Source of the DNA: the human T2T-CHM13v2.0 reference genome, Homo sapiens
Assembly (NCBI RefSeq): GCF_009914755.1
Contig: NC_060930.1
Length of the DNA stretch: 64,000 nucleotides
Direction: 5' to 3' (one strand)
Part shown: one piece after another, positions 45,175-60,131 of the stretch
Numbering within the stretch: the first letter of the stretch is position 1
Layout: the number at the start of each line of letters is the position of its first letter
Translations under genes and position numbers: made by a program
The notes under the pieces: generated by a model
The model's input: the letters and a program-made list of their open reading frames with translations, nothing else
What the model was told of the DNA's origin: nothing
The model's database searches: none

Positions 45175-45771
45175 GCACCTTTGGTCACCTGAAAAGATTT
45201 CTTTCTGTTTTATCTAGTTGACTGTGGTAGTTACTGGGTTCCATGCTTTACTCTCCTTCCCAAATTTTTCAGAATTAATTGTGAAAAAATCAGCTCAAGT
45301 TAGTTCATCTACTTGAAAGGAATCAAAGTTAACATCTTATATAAATCAATGGGCATTAAATTTTAGTTATCATTGGGATTTCTGCTACCCTACAGTTGTA
45401 TAAAAGTCACTAAGGTATGAAGGAAACTCCTCTAATGGGGGCTCAATTGCCAAGAATATTCAATACAATGTGTTTGCTTTCTCTGGACCACTACAAGGAA
45501 CACCCCATCTTTAGTGACCCTGGAAACCCCTAAACTAATGTCTAGGCTTCTTGGTGTCCTACCTTTGCAGGTGCTGGTCCCAAGAGGGGACAGACAGATC
45601 TACCCTCTTGAGGCTGAATGAATCTTACCTCTACCTCTCTGCTTCTTAGAGGTACTCTGCCCTTTGTCTTCCTTGTGGTACTCCTAGCACAATCCATGCA
45701 AGGACTCAAGCTCTAGAAAAATGAAACTCAGAAATGAAAATATTTTGAAATAAATTCTGCTTTTTGAACAG

Positions 45772-45825
45772 CAAAATTCTCTAAGACAATGAGTTATAAA
45801 ATGTCTTATAACATGGGTGATATAG
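45772..45825 (+). pseudogene. Candidate decayed exon, start of domain 4
   Basis: ttctgctttttgaacag|...TAG|gtaata; 54 bp, phase 1 to 1, no stop; KFSKTMSYKMSYNMGDI. Confidence 0.45.
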
Positions 45826-45938
45826 GTAATACACAAAATTAATATATTAATAGATTACCCTATAGATGTTTATCTGATTCTTAGAGAAATTAGTTAAAAT
45901 TATGTTCAAATAATTTTTGAGCACTTATTTTCTTCCAG

Positions 45939-46144
45939 AGTCTGAATTTTATGCTTTCAAGTGCTACCTTTATAGGTTTTTATTAATTTTTTTCTTCCCA
46001 TTCCCATAATTATTTAAGCTTCTTTCTGATAATCCTTTGGTTTCCAGCAAGAAATCTGAGATAATATCTTAAGATGGGGTTGTGCAAAATTGCATTATGG
46101 AGGTCATAATGGTCAAATTTAAACTCCACATCTTATATTTTTAG
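45939..46144 (+). pseudogene. Candidate decayed exon, subdomains II-V of domain 4
   Basis: ttattttcttccag|...TAG|gtacgg; phase 1 to 0; (E)SEFYAFKCYLY...LFKLLSDNPLV...KLHILYF*; AxK lysine present; 3 stops. Confidence 0.5.
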
Positions 46145-46369
46145 GTACGGGTAATTGAATATAAATATAAAATATGACATTTGTCTTGCTGCTTTAAAAG
46201 TTAGAGGTAGGTCATTTTATTGATTTTAGTAAAATTTAGTTGTTTGCTAGAATATGCTGCCATATTCAAGGAAAGGTCATTGTGGAAGGTTGTAAAAGCA
46301 AATTAAAATGATGCAGCATTTTCTAGTTCCTTTGTATGCCATTTTTCCCTCATTTAGCTTTTATTCCAG

Positions 46370-46614
46370 ACATTGGATTACTGTATTTTGAATTGTACTT
46401 TGACAGAATTTAGGAATAAAGATTTTATGAAAGATAGAGTTACTAAAACATTTTGAATCCTGATTTGTAAAACACAGTTTTAATTGGTTTTGCTTATAGA
46501 ATCCATCTTTGAAATCTAGTACAGATTTACTTTTACATAGAGATCTCATTTTTATTGCTTCTTACTTGACCTACACTCAATTTTGGAGAACTGGAGAGAC
46601 CAAGGACTCAGATA
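46370..46614 (+). pseudogene. Candidate decayed exon with catalytic loop of domain 4
   Basis: ttttattccag|TLDYCILNCTL then, after a frameshift, LLHRDLIFIASYLTYTQFWRTGE (HRDL at 46536-46547); donor A|gtaatc. Confidence 0.65.
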
Positions 46615-46829
46615 GTAATCACAAAATGTACATTAGAAGCTTGGAGAAACAAAATTAAATTAATAAAAATGTACATCTAATTTAGAAAAACTGAAGCCAA
46701 AATTTCTATGTTGGAAGTCAAATTATCCAATTTAGTTGTCAACAGTAGTCAATTAATGTGACCTCCAAACCTATACTTTTGGTATTCATGTCAAATGGTC
46801 TTAAGTTCACTAATACATAAGGCAATGTC

Positions 46830-47292
46830 ATATCATAGCTATTCTTAAAAGTGATCTTGCTAAAACTGAAGTCAGATCATGTCATTTCTCTGCATAAATC
46901 CCCTGAATAGCTCTGCATCATAGAGCAAAAGTCCAAGTCATTAAAATAATCTCTAAGGTTATGCATGGTCATAACCCTATTCACCCCAGGTCTTCTCTGA
47001 ACTCACCTCTTGCTTGCTCTAGAAAACTAGATGGGCCTTAAACATGCCAGACACACTCTGTTCACAGGGCCTTTGCACATTCTGATCACTCCACCCAGAA
47101 GTCCCACCAGAATGCCCAAGTATTCTTATGTGTACGTTTTTTTTTTTTTTCATATTTATCACCCCCACTGGATTGCATATTTTAAGAGGGCAGAGATTTT
47201 TGTCTGTTTTCATCATGGCTGAATCATAGTGCTAAAGGTACTCCTAACACAATAGCAACTCAATTTGATGTGTTTGAGCAAATTAATAAAAC
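46830..47292 (+). mobile_element. L2a 3' part
   Basis: tcagatcatgtcatttctctgc...cagggcctttgcacat...gagggcagagatttttgtctgtttt. Confidence 0.85.
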
Positions 47293-47793
47293 ATTAATTG
47301 AAGACTCTATTTCTGCCTTATGACAGGTCAAATGTCCTGAAAATCCTCTCAACTCAAAACTTCGAAATGCTAGAGGTAATATAGCAAATGTTGTTTACAT
47401 ACATAGCCAAACTCAAAAGAAAGTAAGTGATATCTTCAGGAGCTAAAAAAGTGTCTGTAGCCATATATCAATGACAAGCATTTGCCTTTCAAATTAATCA
47501 GGAGCCTTCTGTTTTAATTCTTTATAGGACCAGAGACCTAAAGGCAAGTAAGCTAGGGATTCCAAATAGTAAAACAATTGACTATCTAAATGCAGCCACT
47601 GGCAAACAAACTTTGTTAATTTTGTTTTTTAAAAACTCAAAGTAACATTGAGAATAAATCAAGTAGAGGAGATTCATAGTCTAAGAGAAGGATAAAAAAT
47701 ATATTCTAGATAGGAATAAACATTCTCTCAGAAAACATGTCAGGACTGATCTCAACTTAAACATGAATACAAGTTTTAATATATTTATCAACT

Positions 47794-48258
<465 letters not shown>

Positions 48259-48392
48259 CAACAAAGAGACATTTGGGTCACAAACAGAAAGCTTAGTACC
48301 TTACATTTACAAAGTCTGTCTTTATGTTAGCAAATTACAGATACATTTCTAAATTATTAAATAATGCTTATTTCTCTTAAAATAAGTTCTAG

Positions 48393-48567
48393 AAATATTG
48401 CAACCTTATCACACTGAACTGGATGAATATTTAAAAAAGGAAGGCCAGTCATAATAATGGCACTAACTATTCCAGTTTAGACCTACAGAAAGAGGTAGTT
48501 CAGAGAGAGAACAGGGGAAACAAGATAGTGTAGGAGATCACTGTGGATGATAAAGCTTTTCTTTCTG
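48393..48567 (+). pseudogene. Candidate decayed exon, domain 4 C-lobe
   Basis: ttctag|...CTG|gtacgt; phase 1 to 1 with one +1 frameshift; ILQPYHTELDEYLKKE / SHNNGTNYSSLDLQKEVV...EITVDDKAFLS. Confidence 0.45.
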
Positions 48568-49199
48568 GTACGTTTATTTTCAGAACATTTGTGAAAATCA
48601 TTTGAATAATATAGGCCTAATAATGAGTAACAAATGGGAGGTGTTTTGTTTCTTCTTACTTCTTGAAATGTAATTAGCTTTATTCTGAATTCTAGCTACA
48701 TTAATATATTTCATCTTAATCATATAGATGTCAATATCAACACATCCATCAGAGAAACCACATCCAAACCTAATTCAAAGATAATTGCTTCCAAATACCA
48801 TAGCAATGGGGTTTAGAGCTTCAGCATTTAAATTTTGCAGGGAAACAAATATTCAGTCCATAACAATGGTAATAGAGAATTCCATGTCTTATTGTAGTAG
48901 TGGAAAGCAGCATGGCAGAAAAGTACGGAGAAAACGGGATATCACTGCAACCATTTTTGGAAAAATATAAACTTTTAAACAAGCGATTTGGACTATTGAT
49001 CTTCTATAGCTGTCTCCAGAAAATTCCCCAAAAATCACTTGTTTCAAAGATTCCAGCAGCTGTGCTCATCCCTCGTGTTTTTCTGTAGTTTCTGCAATGT
49101 GTTAACTAGCTAAACAGTGATGGTTAGTGGCAGCTTCCCTTGACATTGCCTTCTTTAGCTTTTCAAACACTTAAAAATTCCCATCTTACAGTTAAAATG

Positions 49200-49520
49200 T
49201 TTCACCTCATGGAGATACAGTGGAATGACACTGGAAAGTGTATGAAGGTAAGAGGGGAAAATAAAGAGAGGTTAGTGAATGGGTACAAACTTACCAATAG
49301 AGAGAAGAAATAAGTTCTAATGTTAGATTGCAGACTAGGTTGACTATAGTTAGCAACAATATATTGTATATTTCAAAGCAACTAGAAGAGAGGACTTGAA
49401 ATGTTACCAGAACATGGAAATGATAAATACTGAGGGTGATGCACACCTCAAATACTCTGACTTGATCATTATACATCCTATGCATGTGAAATATATTCAC
49501 ATGTACCACCTAAATGTGTG
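49200..49520 (+). mobile_element. L1MA4/5-type 3' end
   Basis: gtgaatgggtacaaac...tgtatatttcaaagcaactagaagagaggacttgaaatgtt. Confidence 0.85.
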
Positions 49521-49646
49521 ATAAATTGAGAAGAGTTTCGGCTTAATTTTTTGGGGAGACATTACATTAGTATTTGATTTCTATAATTTTGAAAATTGGA
49601 AAAAAAATTTAAAAATAATTATTTATCTATTAATCAACAGGGATTT

Positions 49647-49693
49647 GTGTGTGTGTGTGTGTCTGTGTGTGTGTGTGTATCTGTACCTGTGTG
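49647..49693. repeat. (TG)n microsatellite
   Basis: Interrupted TG run. Confidence 0.9.
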
Positions 49694-50944
49694 TTTTCAG
49701 AGAGAAGAAATTCTCTAAAAGCATTTTTAGCCTTCTTAAAACAGACGTAAAACAAATTAAAGCGCACCCTGGGATGACAAGAACATTAGTGGTATTTACA
49801 TTCTCTCTAAAATTGTTTAATTAATTCACATTTTTGAGTGTATTTGAATAGACCTTTGCTTGCAAACACATTTTTAGAATTGTTAAAAGTTGCTTAAAAA
49901 TTAAATTTTTCAGAGTATCTTCTATATCTATGATTTTCCCCTGTAAATCGTATTTCTAAACTTTTTTTTTTGCAATTTACATTTTTTCTTGCATAGGTTG
50001 GCAAAAAAAGTATCATATTTCACTTCTGGTGGATTATTTTTTGGATTAATTTACAAATTTTGTTTTTGTTTTTGTTGGTATTATCTTTATTTTGTTCTCC
50101 CCATGATCCTTTGTTTTATGTTGTCTAGTCTAACTTCGTGAATTGAATTCTGAGTAATTTCATTTCTTTATATTTATTAATACATGTTTAAATCAGTTTA
50201 ATAACAAATTTTCTATAGCAATCTCTAGCAGCATTCCATATTTGGATATGTTGCCTTTCCATTAATATTATTTTTGGCTATCTCTGACTGAATTTGATTT
50301 CCTTTCCTCACCTAAGAATTGTAAAGAAAGTGTTTTCAAATTCCAGTTGCTTAAGGAATTTTTATTCCTATATTTTCACTAATTTCTACTACCAACTAAT
50401 TTTGTCAAAATATTATCTGTATTTAAAATTTAAAATGTATTTTTTGTGTTCTAATACATAATCACTTTGTATATGTAAAGTGAACACAGGAAAAATTTGC
50501 TATCTATAAAGTTATTAAAATTAAGTTATATTTACTCAGATTTATTGGTTACATATTTCAGATTCCCTACATTTTTATATGATTTGTCTATATGATTTGT
50601 TATGATTATATGAATAAATATTACCTATTATTATCTGTTGTCATCTCCTCTCAGTTCACAAAATTTATACTTCGCAAATTTTGTTATTAATATTTCCTAA
50701 TTTATTAATTAGCTGAAGTAGACCTTATTGTGGAATTTTCGTTTGATTTGATACCTTTAATGGACTGAACCTTTCAGCATATTTGTATACTAAATTATCT
50801 TTATCTGGTTCCAGTATCACAACCACAGCATTTGATTAATACACCTTAGCTTTTTCTTTTTTTAAAATTTAAGTAGATGAGTTGTCACCATTTATATTTG
50901 TTGTTATACTGTACTATTTTGCTTTAATTGTGCAGTTCTTTATA

Positions 50945-51650
50945 CTTGTATAAATTTAAGGGGCAAAAGTGCAATTTTGTTACTTGAATATATTGCATAG
51001 TGGTGAAGTCTGGGCTTTTAGAGTGTTCATCACTGAATAATGTACATTGTACTCATTAAGTATTAAGCTCCCACTTTTAGGTGAGAACATGTGGTATTTG
51101 TTTTTCTGTTTCTGAGTTGCTTCACTTAAGATAATGGCCTAGAGTTTCATTAAATGTTGCTGCAAAAGACATGCTTTTATTCTTTTTTATGACTAAGTAG
51201 TATTCCATTGTGTATGTGTACCACATTTTCTTTATCCAATCTGTTGATAGACAATTAGATTGCTTTTATATCATTGCTGTTGTGAATAGTGCTGCAATAA
51301 ATATACAAGCACAGGTCTTTTTGATATAATGATTTATTTTCATTTGAGTAAATACTCAATGGTGATATTGCTGATTCGAATGGTAGAAATCTCCATATTT
51401 TTCATGTAGGTTGTACTATTGTACATTTCTACCAACAGTGTATAAGTATCATCTGTTATTTTATTTTTATAATAGCCATTTTGACTTGTATAATATGATA
51501 TCTCATTTTGTTTTTAATTTGCATTTCTCTGATTATTAGTGATGTTAAACATTTTTTCATATGCTCTTTGGTTATTTGTACGTCTTCTTTGAAAAATGTC
51601 TATACATATCCTTTACCCAATTTTTAAAGGGGCTATTTGTTCTATTGTTG
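50945..51650 (-). mobile_element. L1PB4-type 3' fragment within an older minus-strand L1M relic
   Basis: atattgcatagtggtgaagtctgggctttta...aatttgcatttctctgattattagtgatgtt. Confidence 0.85.
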
Positions 51651-51884
51651 TTATTTTTATGTTTTTATTTTCTGAGAGTTTTTATACAATAAAAATGATT
51701 AGGCTCTTCTTTCCTATGTTTTTGGATGTGTATGCATATATGAGTGTGTGTGTGTTTTAATTCAGGCAATTTGGAAGAGTTGTAATTTTTTTATACTTCT
51801 ATTTGTTATAACTCTGTGCAACATAATTACCATGAAAATATCTTATTTTTCCTAATCATAATTTCTTCTTTGTGGGTATAACAG

Positions 51885-51987
51885 AATTCCCTTGTCCTCA
51901 ATGGGCCACCACTGTCTTACTCTCAGTCTAGGTGGTTTGGGTAAAGCTGACTTCCCCATAAGCTTTAAAAGTGGCATATGATAATAG
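51885..51987 (+). pseudogene. Candidate decayed exon, subdomain X of domain 4
   Basis: ataacag|; phase-1 join gives EFPCPQWATTV, resembling the CaMK-type DFPSPEWDTV; donor TAG|gtacat (alternative at 51940). Confidence 0.5.
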
Positions 51988-52391
51988 GTACATGCACTGG
52001 AGGGTTTCATTATTTTCCACTTTTCTGTGTAACTTTCTTACTATAATAAAAATGTGAAAGAAAACAAAAGAAATTAAAAGATAAATCAGTTTAAATGTTT
52101 TTTTACTATACAATTTATTTTTTTTAGAATCATAAAGCATGCCATGTTGTAGCTATTTTCTTAATTGTGGAACCTGCCTTTGCACTGGTCTTCTTATTTC
52201 TTTATCAGCTCTCCTTAGGACTATTCTAGAAAGTTTAGAGATGGTCATCTGCATTGGGTTATGCAACAAAACAAGGATAATTAACTTCATCAGATTTTGG
52301 ACAGTGCAAAATTGTATAAAATTCTGAAAATATGTATTCTAAATTACTTTTCAAAGAGCATACATGAGATAACAATAAGAATACAATAGGA

Positions 52392-52670
52392 GGCTGGTTG
52401 TTGTGGCACACACCTGTAATCTCAGTGCTTTGAAAGACTAAGGCTGGAGGAGCACTTGAGGCTAGGAATTCAACACCAGCCTGAGCAACACAGTGAGACC
52501 ATATCTTTACAAAAAGATTTGAAAAATTAGCTGAGCATGGTAGTGCATGCCTGTAGTCCTAGCTACTTAAGAGACTGAAGCAAGAGGATTGTTTGAACCT
52601 GGGAGTATGATACTGCAGTGAGCTACGATTGTGTCACTGCATTCTAGCCAAAAAAAAAAAAAAAAAAAAA
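52392..52670 (+). mobile_element. AluJ lacking the last about 25 nt of the right arm
   Basis: ggaggagcacttgaggctagga, gaggattgtttga; A21 tail; degenerate TSD 12/15. Confidence 0.9.
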
Positions 52671-53213
52671 GTACAGTAGGAGTATGACTCTAGCAAAATA
52701 AGTGTGGTGTGGGAAATTCTTTTTTAGGAATACATAACATATACTTAAAAATAAAATGTATTATTTTAAAATCCAAAGACAAAAAGCCTACTAATTTGAT
52801 TTAACTCCATTTTGACTGTGATCCAAACATACATTTGGAAATATATCTTAACATCTCTAGGTACATGATTCCATTTAATTCTGATACATAATTTAACAAA
52901 TGCTGTTATAACTAACTAAGCCAAAAATCATTGTTACTATATAATATTTATTTTAAAATACATAACAAATTAAACATATTTTCAATACACCTTTTATGGA
53001 GAGAATTAGAGTATGATTTACTTTTTTATATGATACATCTATAATGTTATTCTAAGGATAGAAGATGTTTTATTATCTTTGTGTTGTGGCTCACCAATTT
53101 TGACTGGGAAGCTCCCACTGTTTTCTGGATGACTTTAGAATTCGTTCTTCTTCTTGAATAATATTTACAACTCCATGTCTCTCTCTTAAATGTCTCTCTC
53201 TACTTTTATGAAG

Positions 53214-53374
53214 AAATAGGAAGCATGGAATCAAGACAGTGATTATAAAGACAAATCCTCAGTTCATTCTCTTGGGAGCATGTGTTCATGTCCAGACATC
53301 TTCAAATGAGGGGAACAGAAGGATTTGATGCATTTTCATCCAGTTGTAGAGACTGGCTATGAAAACAAATATTG
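53214..53374 (+). pseudogene. Candidate decayed exon, C-terminal to domain 4
   Basis: Long pyrimidine tract then gaag|, donor TTG|gtatga; phase 2 to 1, 2 stops; no motif recognised. Confidence 0.35.
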
Positions 53375-54989
53375 GTATGAGGCTGCTTTTCATAAAATGT
53401 TAAGCATTTCAGAAAATGCCTATCATGAGGAAAAATATAGAAAAGCTGTGCTGTAACCTTAACAAATTTTTACTCAAAGGAAAAATTCAAGGAAAGAAGA
53501 AAGTATAACTGACAAAATAAGCTATATTGCTTTAATTTAAATTATATTACAAGGGTATCTCAATAAATCTCAAGTTAATATCAGTCACACCAAAGCAATA
53601 ATTCAGCCAATTTTATTAATTTTTATTACTAATCCAGCCAAGATATTATTTCTTTATCTATATTTTGCAATAAAAATAGGAGTGAAACTTTAAAGCATAT
53701 CCTTTCCATTACTTAAAAGTAAATTACTAAATGGTTCTTGAGAAAGATAAGAGGATTTTCCAAAGCGGGATTTCATTCTCGTAGTAGAGGGACAATAGTG
53801 TATTTTTAGCAGAATGCAAGTACTTTTAGGTGATATCTGGCTATGTATTTGATAGATGATGCATTTGTATTATCCATATTCTTTTTCTGCTATGTCATAC
53901 AGAAAAATTCTGTCAAAATAGTTGTTTTTGACTTTTTAATGCATATTTGCAATCAACAAATAAAGTAGCTAATCTATTTCAGCCTATAGATTATGAATGT
54001 TTATTGTTAGGAATCCATAACACTGATATAGTCAGTATAAATTAGGTATACAAATTATAAGCTGAGGTTTTTAATATGCTAGCTACTGTATATCAAATAT
54101 AAGCATTTGATATTAGAAGAAAATTGGTTCAAATTATTTCAGTGTCAGTGCCCTTGTACAGTCACCCCTTGAAACATTAAAAATGTTTTCAAAGATTTGG
54201 AAATTACCAACAAATGTAACTTTCAACTCATACATTATAAAATAGTTTCTTTTTTGATTAGTAATTTAATATCCTGTTATTACATGCAAAAGATGCCATT
54301 AGGAAATACTGGTGAAAAATAAAAATTAGAAATAATTATTTAATGGTGATAAGAGAATAGTATTTATTTATATTTTTTTCATTCATTCATTATCAGTTTA
54401 ATCGTTCAGGAAGTAGTTATTGAATGCCTGACATATTTCCAAGGCTACATATATTATTATTATCCTATTTCCTAAGAGCTTTTCTTATAATAGAAGAAAT
54501 ATAACAAAATACTAATTCATATAAAGACAAAGAATATAATTGAAAATATTATATTTGTTAAAAATAATTGCTTTAAGAATTTAAAAAAGATAATATTTCT
54601 TTCTGAGTTATTAAATAAAATGATCATAGAATAGATAGCATCTTTGCTTGGCCATACAGAGATGGCAGATACAAAGTCCATCCCAGATATACATATCTTT
54701 ACTTTTCTAAAGAAAACTTTTTTTTAAAGTTTGAAGTAAATAAGTGAATTTTTAGCAGACTGACTGAGAGGGTTAGGTATAATATAAGAAAGAAATATTT
54801 AGAATTAAGTTTTTAAGATTGGTTGGAGTCAGAATATTGAAAATTTTGAATATTTAACTAAGGTATTTTGTTCTACTCTATAGGCAGCAGTTGAGCAACT
54901 TAAAGCAAGATTTAATTAAGAAAATATTGACAAATATTTAAGGCTGTTATTAAAAATAATCTAAATACAAAAGCACATCTGAAATAAAA

Positions 54990-57900
54990 AAAAATGAAAA
55001 CCTCCAATATCTACTCCTCCAAAATAAAAAAAATGAGAGCACTTGCAAAAATTGTTAAAATCAATTTTTTTTTTAGAATTCAATTTCAAAATAAAGAATT
55101 CTAGGAATAAGCCAAGGGTTGAAACAATCTGGGGAATAATTATTCAAGACAAATGTGTGTATCTTAGTAAGAACAGTGAGTTTTGTGGTGTTTTACTTTG
55201 TCCCATTCTTATTCCCTTCTTTCCAGTTCCACGTAGCCTTGAAAACCATAACTTTGCAAATACAGGAGTTGTGAAAACGAGCATCCTAGAAGTCACTGTA
55301 AGGGCAGAATGTGTTTGGAGAAAGTCCCATTCCCAGAAAATTGTCACTATTTAGCCCATCTGAAAGTCGCATAAAAAGCTCTACTGTCGACATTTGTCTT
55401 TATTTGAGCTGATTCAGAGCTTGCTTTGTGCAAATAGCACAACCCATCAGAGGCAATTGCTTAATATTGCAGCTGCCTTCAGTGGAGATTCCAGTTGTGA
55501 CTAACAAGAAGCTGTTTTAGAAAAATAAAATACCCTTAAAAATAAAAACTAATACACTCATGGAAACCTAAAAAAATTATGCATATGATTAGGGTTGTGA
55601 ATACACTTAGGAAAGACCTAAGAGGGCCCTAATCTCTCACAGCTGGCTGAGGATAAGGCTTGATGTAACCAGGGAGTGAAGGCAAAACTAGAGATGTAAA
55701 CTGTCCACTGGAGTGTCGAAAGATTCTCCCAATATAAACAGGGGTCCTTTGACAAAGGTTGGGAGATTTATTTGTTCAAGGCACTTAAGGAAATCTTTGT
55801 CCAATCATTTGGTGATGAATAAAGTGGCCAAGAAAGACATAAGTGTTCACACATGAAAAAGAATACAACATACTTTACAAAATTAATAAAGTCATTATAC
55901 AAACAAACAGCAACAACAGTAACAACAACAAATAAAAACAGCACATCTTGGTTTGGTGGAAAACTATTCTGAATTTGCCACTAGATATCCATATTTGAAT
56001 GTCTAGTTTTTAACACAAAATTATGACGCATGTAAAAAATAGGAAATTAGTATAGCTCATACACAGACAAAAAAGAAGCAATAGATCGTGTATCTGAGGA
56101 AATCCAGATGTTAGACTTATCTGAAATACACTTTAAATCAACCATAATAAATATCCTGAAAACAGTAAAGAAAAACACATGTAATTAAACACAAGTATGA
56201 GAATAATGTGCCACCAAACATCAATGAGATAGAAATTATTAAAAAAGAACCTAGTTAAAATTCAGAAATTGAAAAGTATAATTACTGAAATGAAAGAGAA
56301 TTCACTAGAGGGAATCACAACCAGACTTGAACTGCGAAAAGAAAGGCACAGCGCACTAGAAGATAGGTCAGTGGAGATTATTTAGTCTGAGAAACAAATG
56401 AAGGACAAAAATATAAATAGAAAGTCAGATTATACATCATGACCTGGTTTGACTTATCAAAATAATCTATGGTTGGATTAATATATGAAAATCAATTATT
56501 GTAAAATAGCATGTTAACAGAATAAAGAACAAAAGCATATGATCATCTGAATAGATGTAAAAAAAATTACTTAATAAAATCCATTATGTGTTTACGATAA
56601 AAACACTCAACATACTAGAAGTAGAAAGAAATGATCTCATCATCTTAAGTATATCTATGAAAAACTCACAGCTAACATCATATTTAATGAAGACAATGCT
56701 TTCTCCTTATATCAGAAACAAAACAAATACATCTACTGTTTTTTATTTCTATTCAACAATGCACTAGGAGTTCTAGCCAGAGCAATTAGTTAAGATAAAA
56801 AATTATAATTGGCATTCTGATAAAAAAGGACAAAGTAAATTTTTTTCTCCACAGATGAAATGATTATTTATATTAAAAAACCCTAAGTAATTCACACATT
56901 TAAAAAGTTAAAATTAAAAAATAGCTAATCAAGTTTGCAGGTCCAAGATCACTATAAAAAGTCAATTTTGCAGACACACGTTAGCAATTAACAATTGAAA
57001 ACTAAAATTAAGAAAGCAACTTATTCACAGAATTATCAAAATGATAATATATTTAAGAATAAATTTGACAAAGTATAAAATTTTAGCATTAAAAACCACA
57101 AAATATTACTAAAAGTAATTAAGAAATATCTAAATAACTGGAGGACATCCTATTCCATGAATTGAAAAACTTAATGTTCTTGCGATTAAATACTCTTCAA
57201 ATTGAACTATAGATTCAACACAAACCCAATCAAAATTCTAGCTGCCTTTTCCCCCCAGAAATGTATAGGCTAATCCTAGAATTCATATGGAAATGCAAAG
57301 GATCCAGAATAACCAAAACAACCTTGATAAATAAAAGTTGAAAGTCTTACATTTTCTGATTTCAAAATCTACTACAAAGCTACAATAATAAAAATAACAT
57401 TTCCTGACATAAGGATAGACATAAAAATCTATGAAATATGACTGATAATTCAGAAATAAAACCTTACATTAACAGTCAATTGATTTTTGAGAAAGATGCC
57501 AAGACAACACAATTGGGGAAACACAGCCTTTTCCAAAATGATGCTGGGACAAATGAAATGGATATTCACATGGAAAACAACACAACTGAATCTCTATCAA
57601 ATGTATTATACAAAACATAACTCAAAATGGATCAGAGATGGAAATGTAAACAATAAAACCATACAATTTTTAGAAGAAAATGCAGAAATAAATATTTATA
57701 ACCTTACATTAGGTTATTGCTTTTTAAATTGAGACAGCAGAAACACAAACAACAACAACAAAAATAGACAATTAGCCTTCTTTAGGATAAAAACAAGGCA
57801 AAAATACATGCTCTCTCCACTCTTGTTCAACATTTCACTAAAGTTCTGGGATAATATAATCAGGTAAATAATAATAATTTTATACAAAAATTGAATAGAA

Positions 57901-59875
57901 AACTTCCTGTTTGCAGGCAAACAGATTTTTTAGATTGCAAGGAATCTATAAACATCATTTGAGAATAAATAGATGCATCCACTAACATTGGAAGACATAC
58001 AGAACATAAAATAGATAGACATAAAAAATCAGTTTAATTTCTGTGTATTAGAAAACATGGTCACTGAAATTAAGGATCCAATACTGTGTAAAATAACTAA
58101 AAATAAAATGAAATATCTAGGTGCAATTATATCAAAATATGTATAGGTCTCGCATACTGAAAATTAGAATACGCTGATGAAAGAAGTCAAGGAAGATGTA
58201 AACAAATGGAAAGATGTACAGTGTTCATGGATTGGAAGGCTCAAAATAATAAAGATGTCAAATATCTTCCAATTCATAAACAGGTTTACTACAATACCTA
58301 TAAAATCTCAGCAAGAGTTTTTTGTAGATATAGACAAGATTGTTTAAGTTTATATGGAAAATCAAATGATTCAAATAGCTAAAACAATTTTGAAAAAATA
58401 AAGTGAGATAAATAGTTTAGCCAATATCCAGATTTATTATATATCTATAGCTATCAAGATTCTAGTTGTATTGGCAGATAAATAGACAGGTAGATCAAAA
58501 GAAATAGCAAACTCAGAAATAACTCCACTTATTCTGAGTGGAGTATCTGATTTTTGTTAAATGTGCAAAAGCAATTTCTTAGAATATTGAAAGCCATTTC
58601 AGCCATGGGTCATTGCTAGGCAAAAGAAAAATACAACAAAACCTTGACTTAAGACTTAAATCTCACACTTCATATAAAAACTCACTCAACATGGATCACA
58701 GACTTAATGTAGTATATAAAACTATAAAGCTTTTAGAAAGAAACAGAAAATCCTCAGAATCTATGGCTAGGCAAAGAGTTCTTAACATCAAAAGTACAAT
58801 TCACATAAGCAAATTTTTTATAAATTGGACTTCACCAAAGTACTTTTGCTCCATGAAAGACCCTGTTAAGAAAATGAAAAACCAAACTACAGACTGAAAG
58901 AAAATAGTTGCAAATTATATAGCTGACAAAGGCCTAGTGTTTATAATATATAAGAAACTATCAAAAGTCAACACTAAGAAACAAAAACAAACAACACATT
59001 TTTAAAAATCCCATTAGAAAATGGCAAAATAATGAACAGTTATTTCACTGAAGAGGACATACAGATGACAAATAAGCACATGAATAGGTGTTCAACATCA
59101 TTAACCATTACAGAAATACGAATAAAAATCACAGTTGTTTATCACTACACACCTATCAGAAAAATTATAGTAAAAAGTAGTGACAACACCAAATGCTGAT
59201 AAGGAAGTGGTGAAACGGGCACATGTGAAAGGGTACAGCTACTCTGAAAAACTGTCAGTTTCTTAAAAAATTAAATATACAATGGAGAAATAAAATTTTA
59301 TCTTGACAGAAAAACCTATACATAAATGTTGATAGCAGTTTTATTCATAATAGCCCCAAAGTGGAAACAATCCAAATGTCTTCCAGTGGGTGAATAATTA
59401 GACAAACTTTGAAACAGCCATGTGATGCAATACTAAGCAACAATACAAAAGACCAAAATGTTGAAATGCACAGAAATTTGGATAAATTCCTAAATAAAAT
59501 GATGAGTGAAAAAAAGCCAATCTCCAAATATTATATACTACATGAATGCATTTAAATGATATGCTTGAAATTAAAAAAAATTAGTGAATGGAGAACAGAT
59601 TATTGGTTTTCAAGCTTTAAGTAAGTAGAATGAAGGAGAGGAAAAAGGAAAATTAGCGTGGCTATAAAAAGAAGAAAAAAATGAGTAATCCATATGGTGA
59701 TGGTAATGTTCTGTCTTTTGATTGTATCAAAGTAAATACCCTGATTGTGACACTTTACTATTGTTTTGAAAGTTTTACCACTGTGGAAACTGGGCAAAGT
59801 GTACATGAAATATTTTTGTACTATCTGTGACAACACCATGATAATCTGTAATTATTAAAAAATAATAAGTGTAAT
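54990..59875 (+). mobile_element. Composite old L1MC/L1MD-type LINE (5'UTR, ORF1/ORF2 pieces, 3' end)
   Basis: Degenerate L1 sequence with internal jumps near 56420 and 57780. Confidence 0.8.
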
Positions 59876-60131
59876 TGAAAAAGATCCTGCTTATTAAAAA
59901 GGAAAGGAAGTAAAAGTTCACAGAACTAAAACACTGCAAGACAGAACAAGAGGAATTTGATTGTAGGAAAGATATGGAAAAAGGAAATTTTTGTCGTTTT
60001 CTGCTATTTTCAGTTAGTCTGTAAAACATTTAAAACATTAAAATACAATAATTATTATGTACTTATTTTCAAGGCACTGACTCTTACTTTAGGAGTACTT
60101 TGCTTTATAGTTATATTTAAAACAACAGCAT

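Noticed and set aside
56700-58900. Apparent duplication of L1 ORF2 sequence
   Set aside because: The two stretches are highly diverged, consistent with two independent old L1 insertions.
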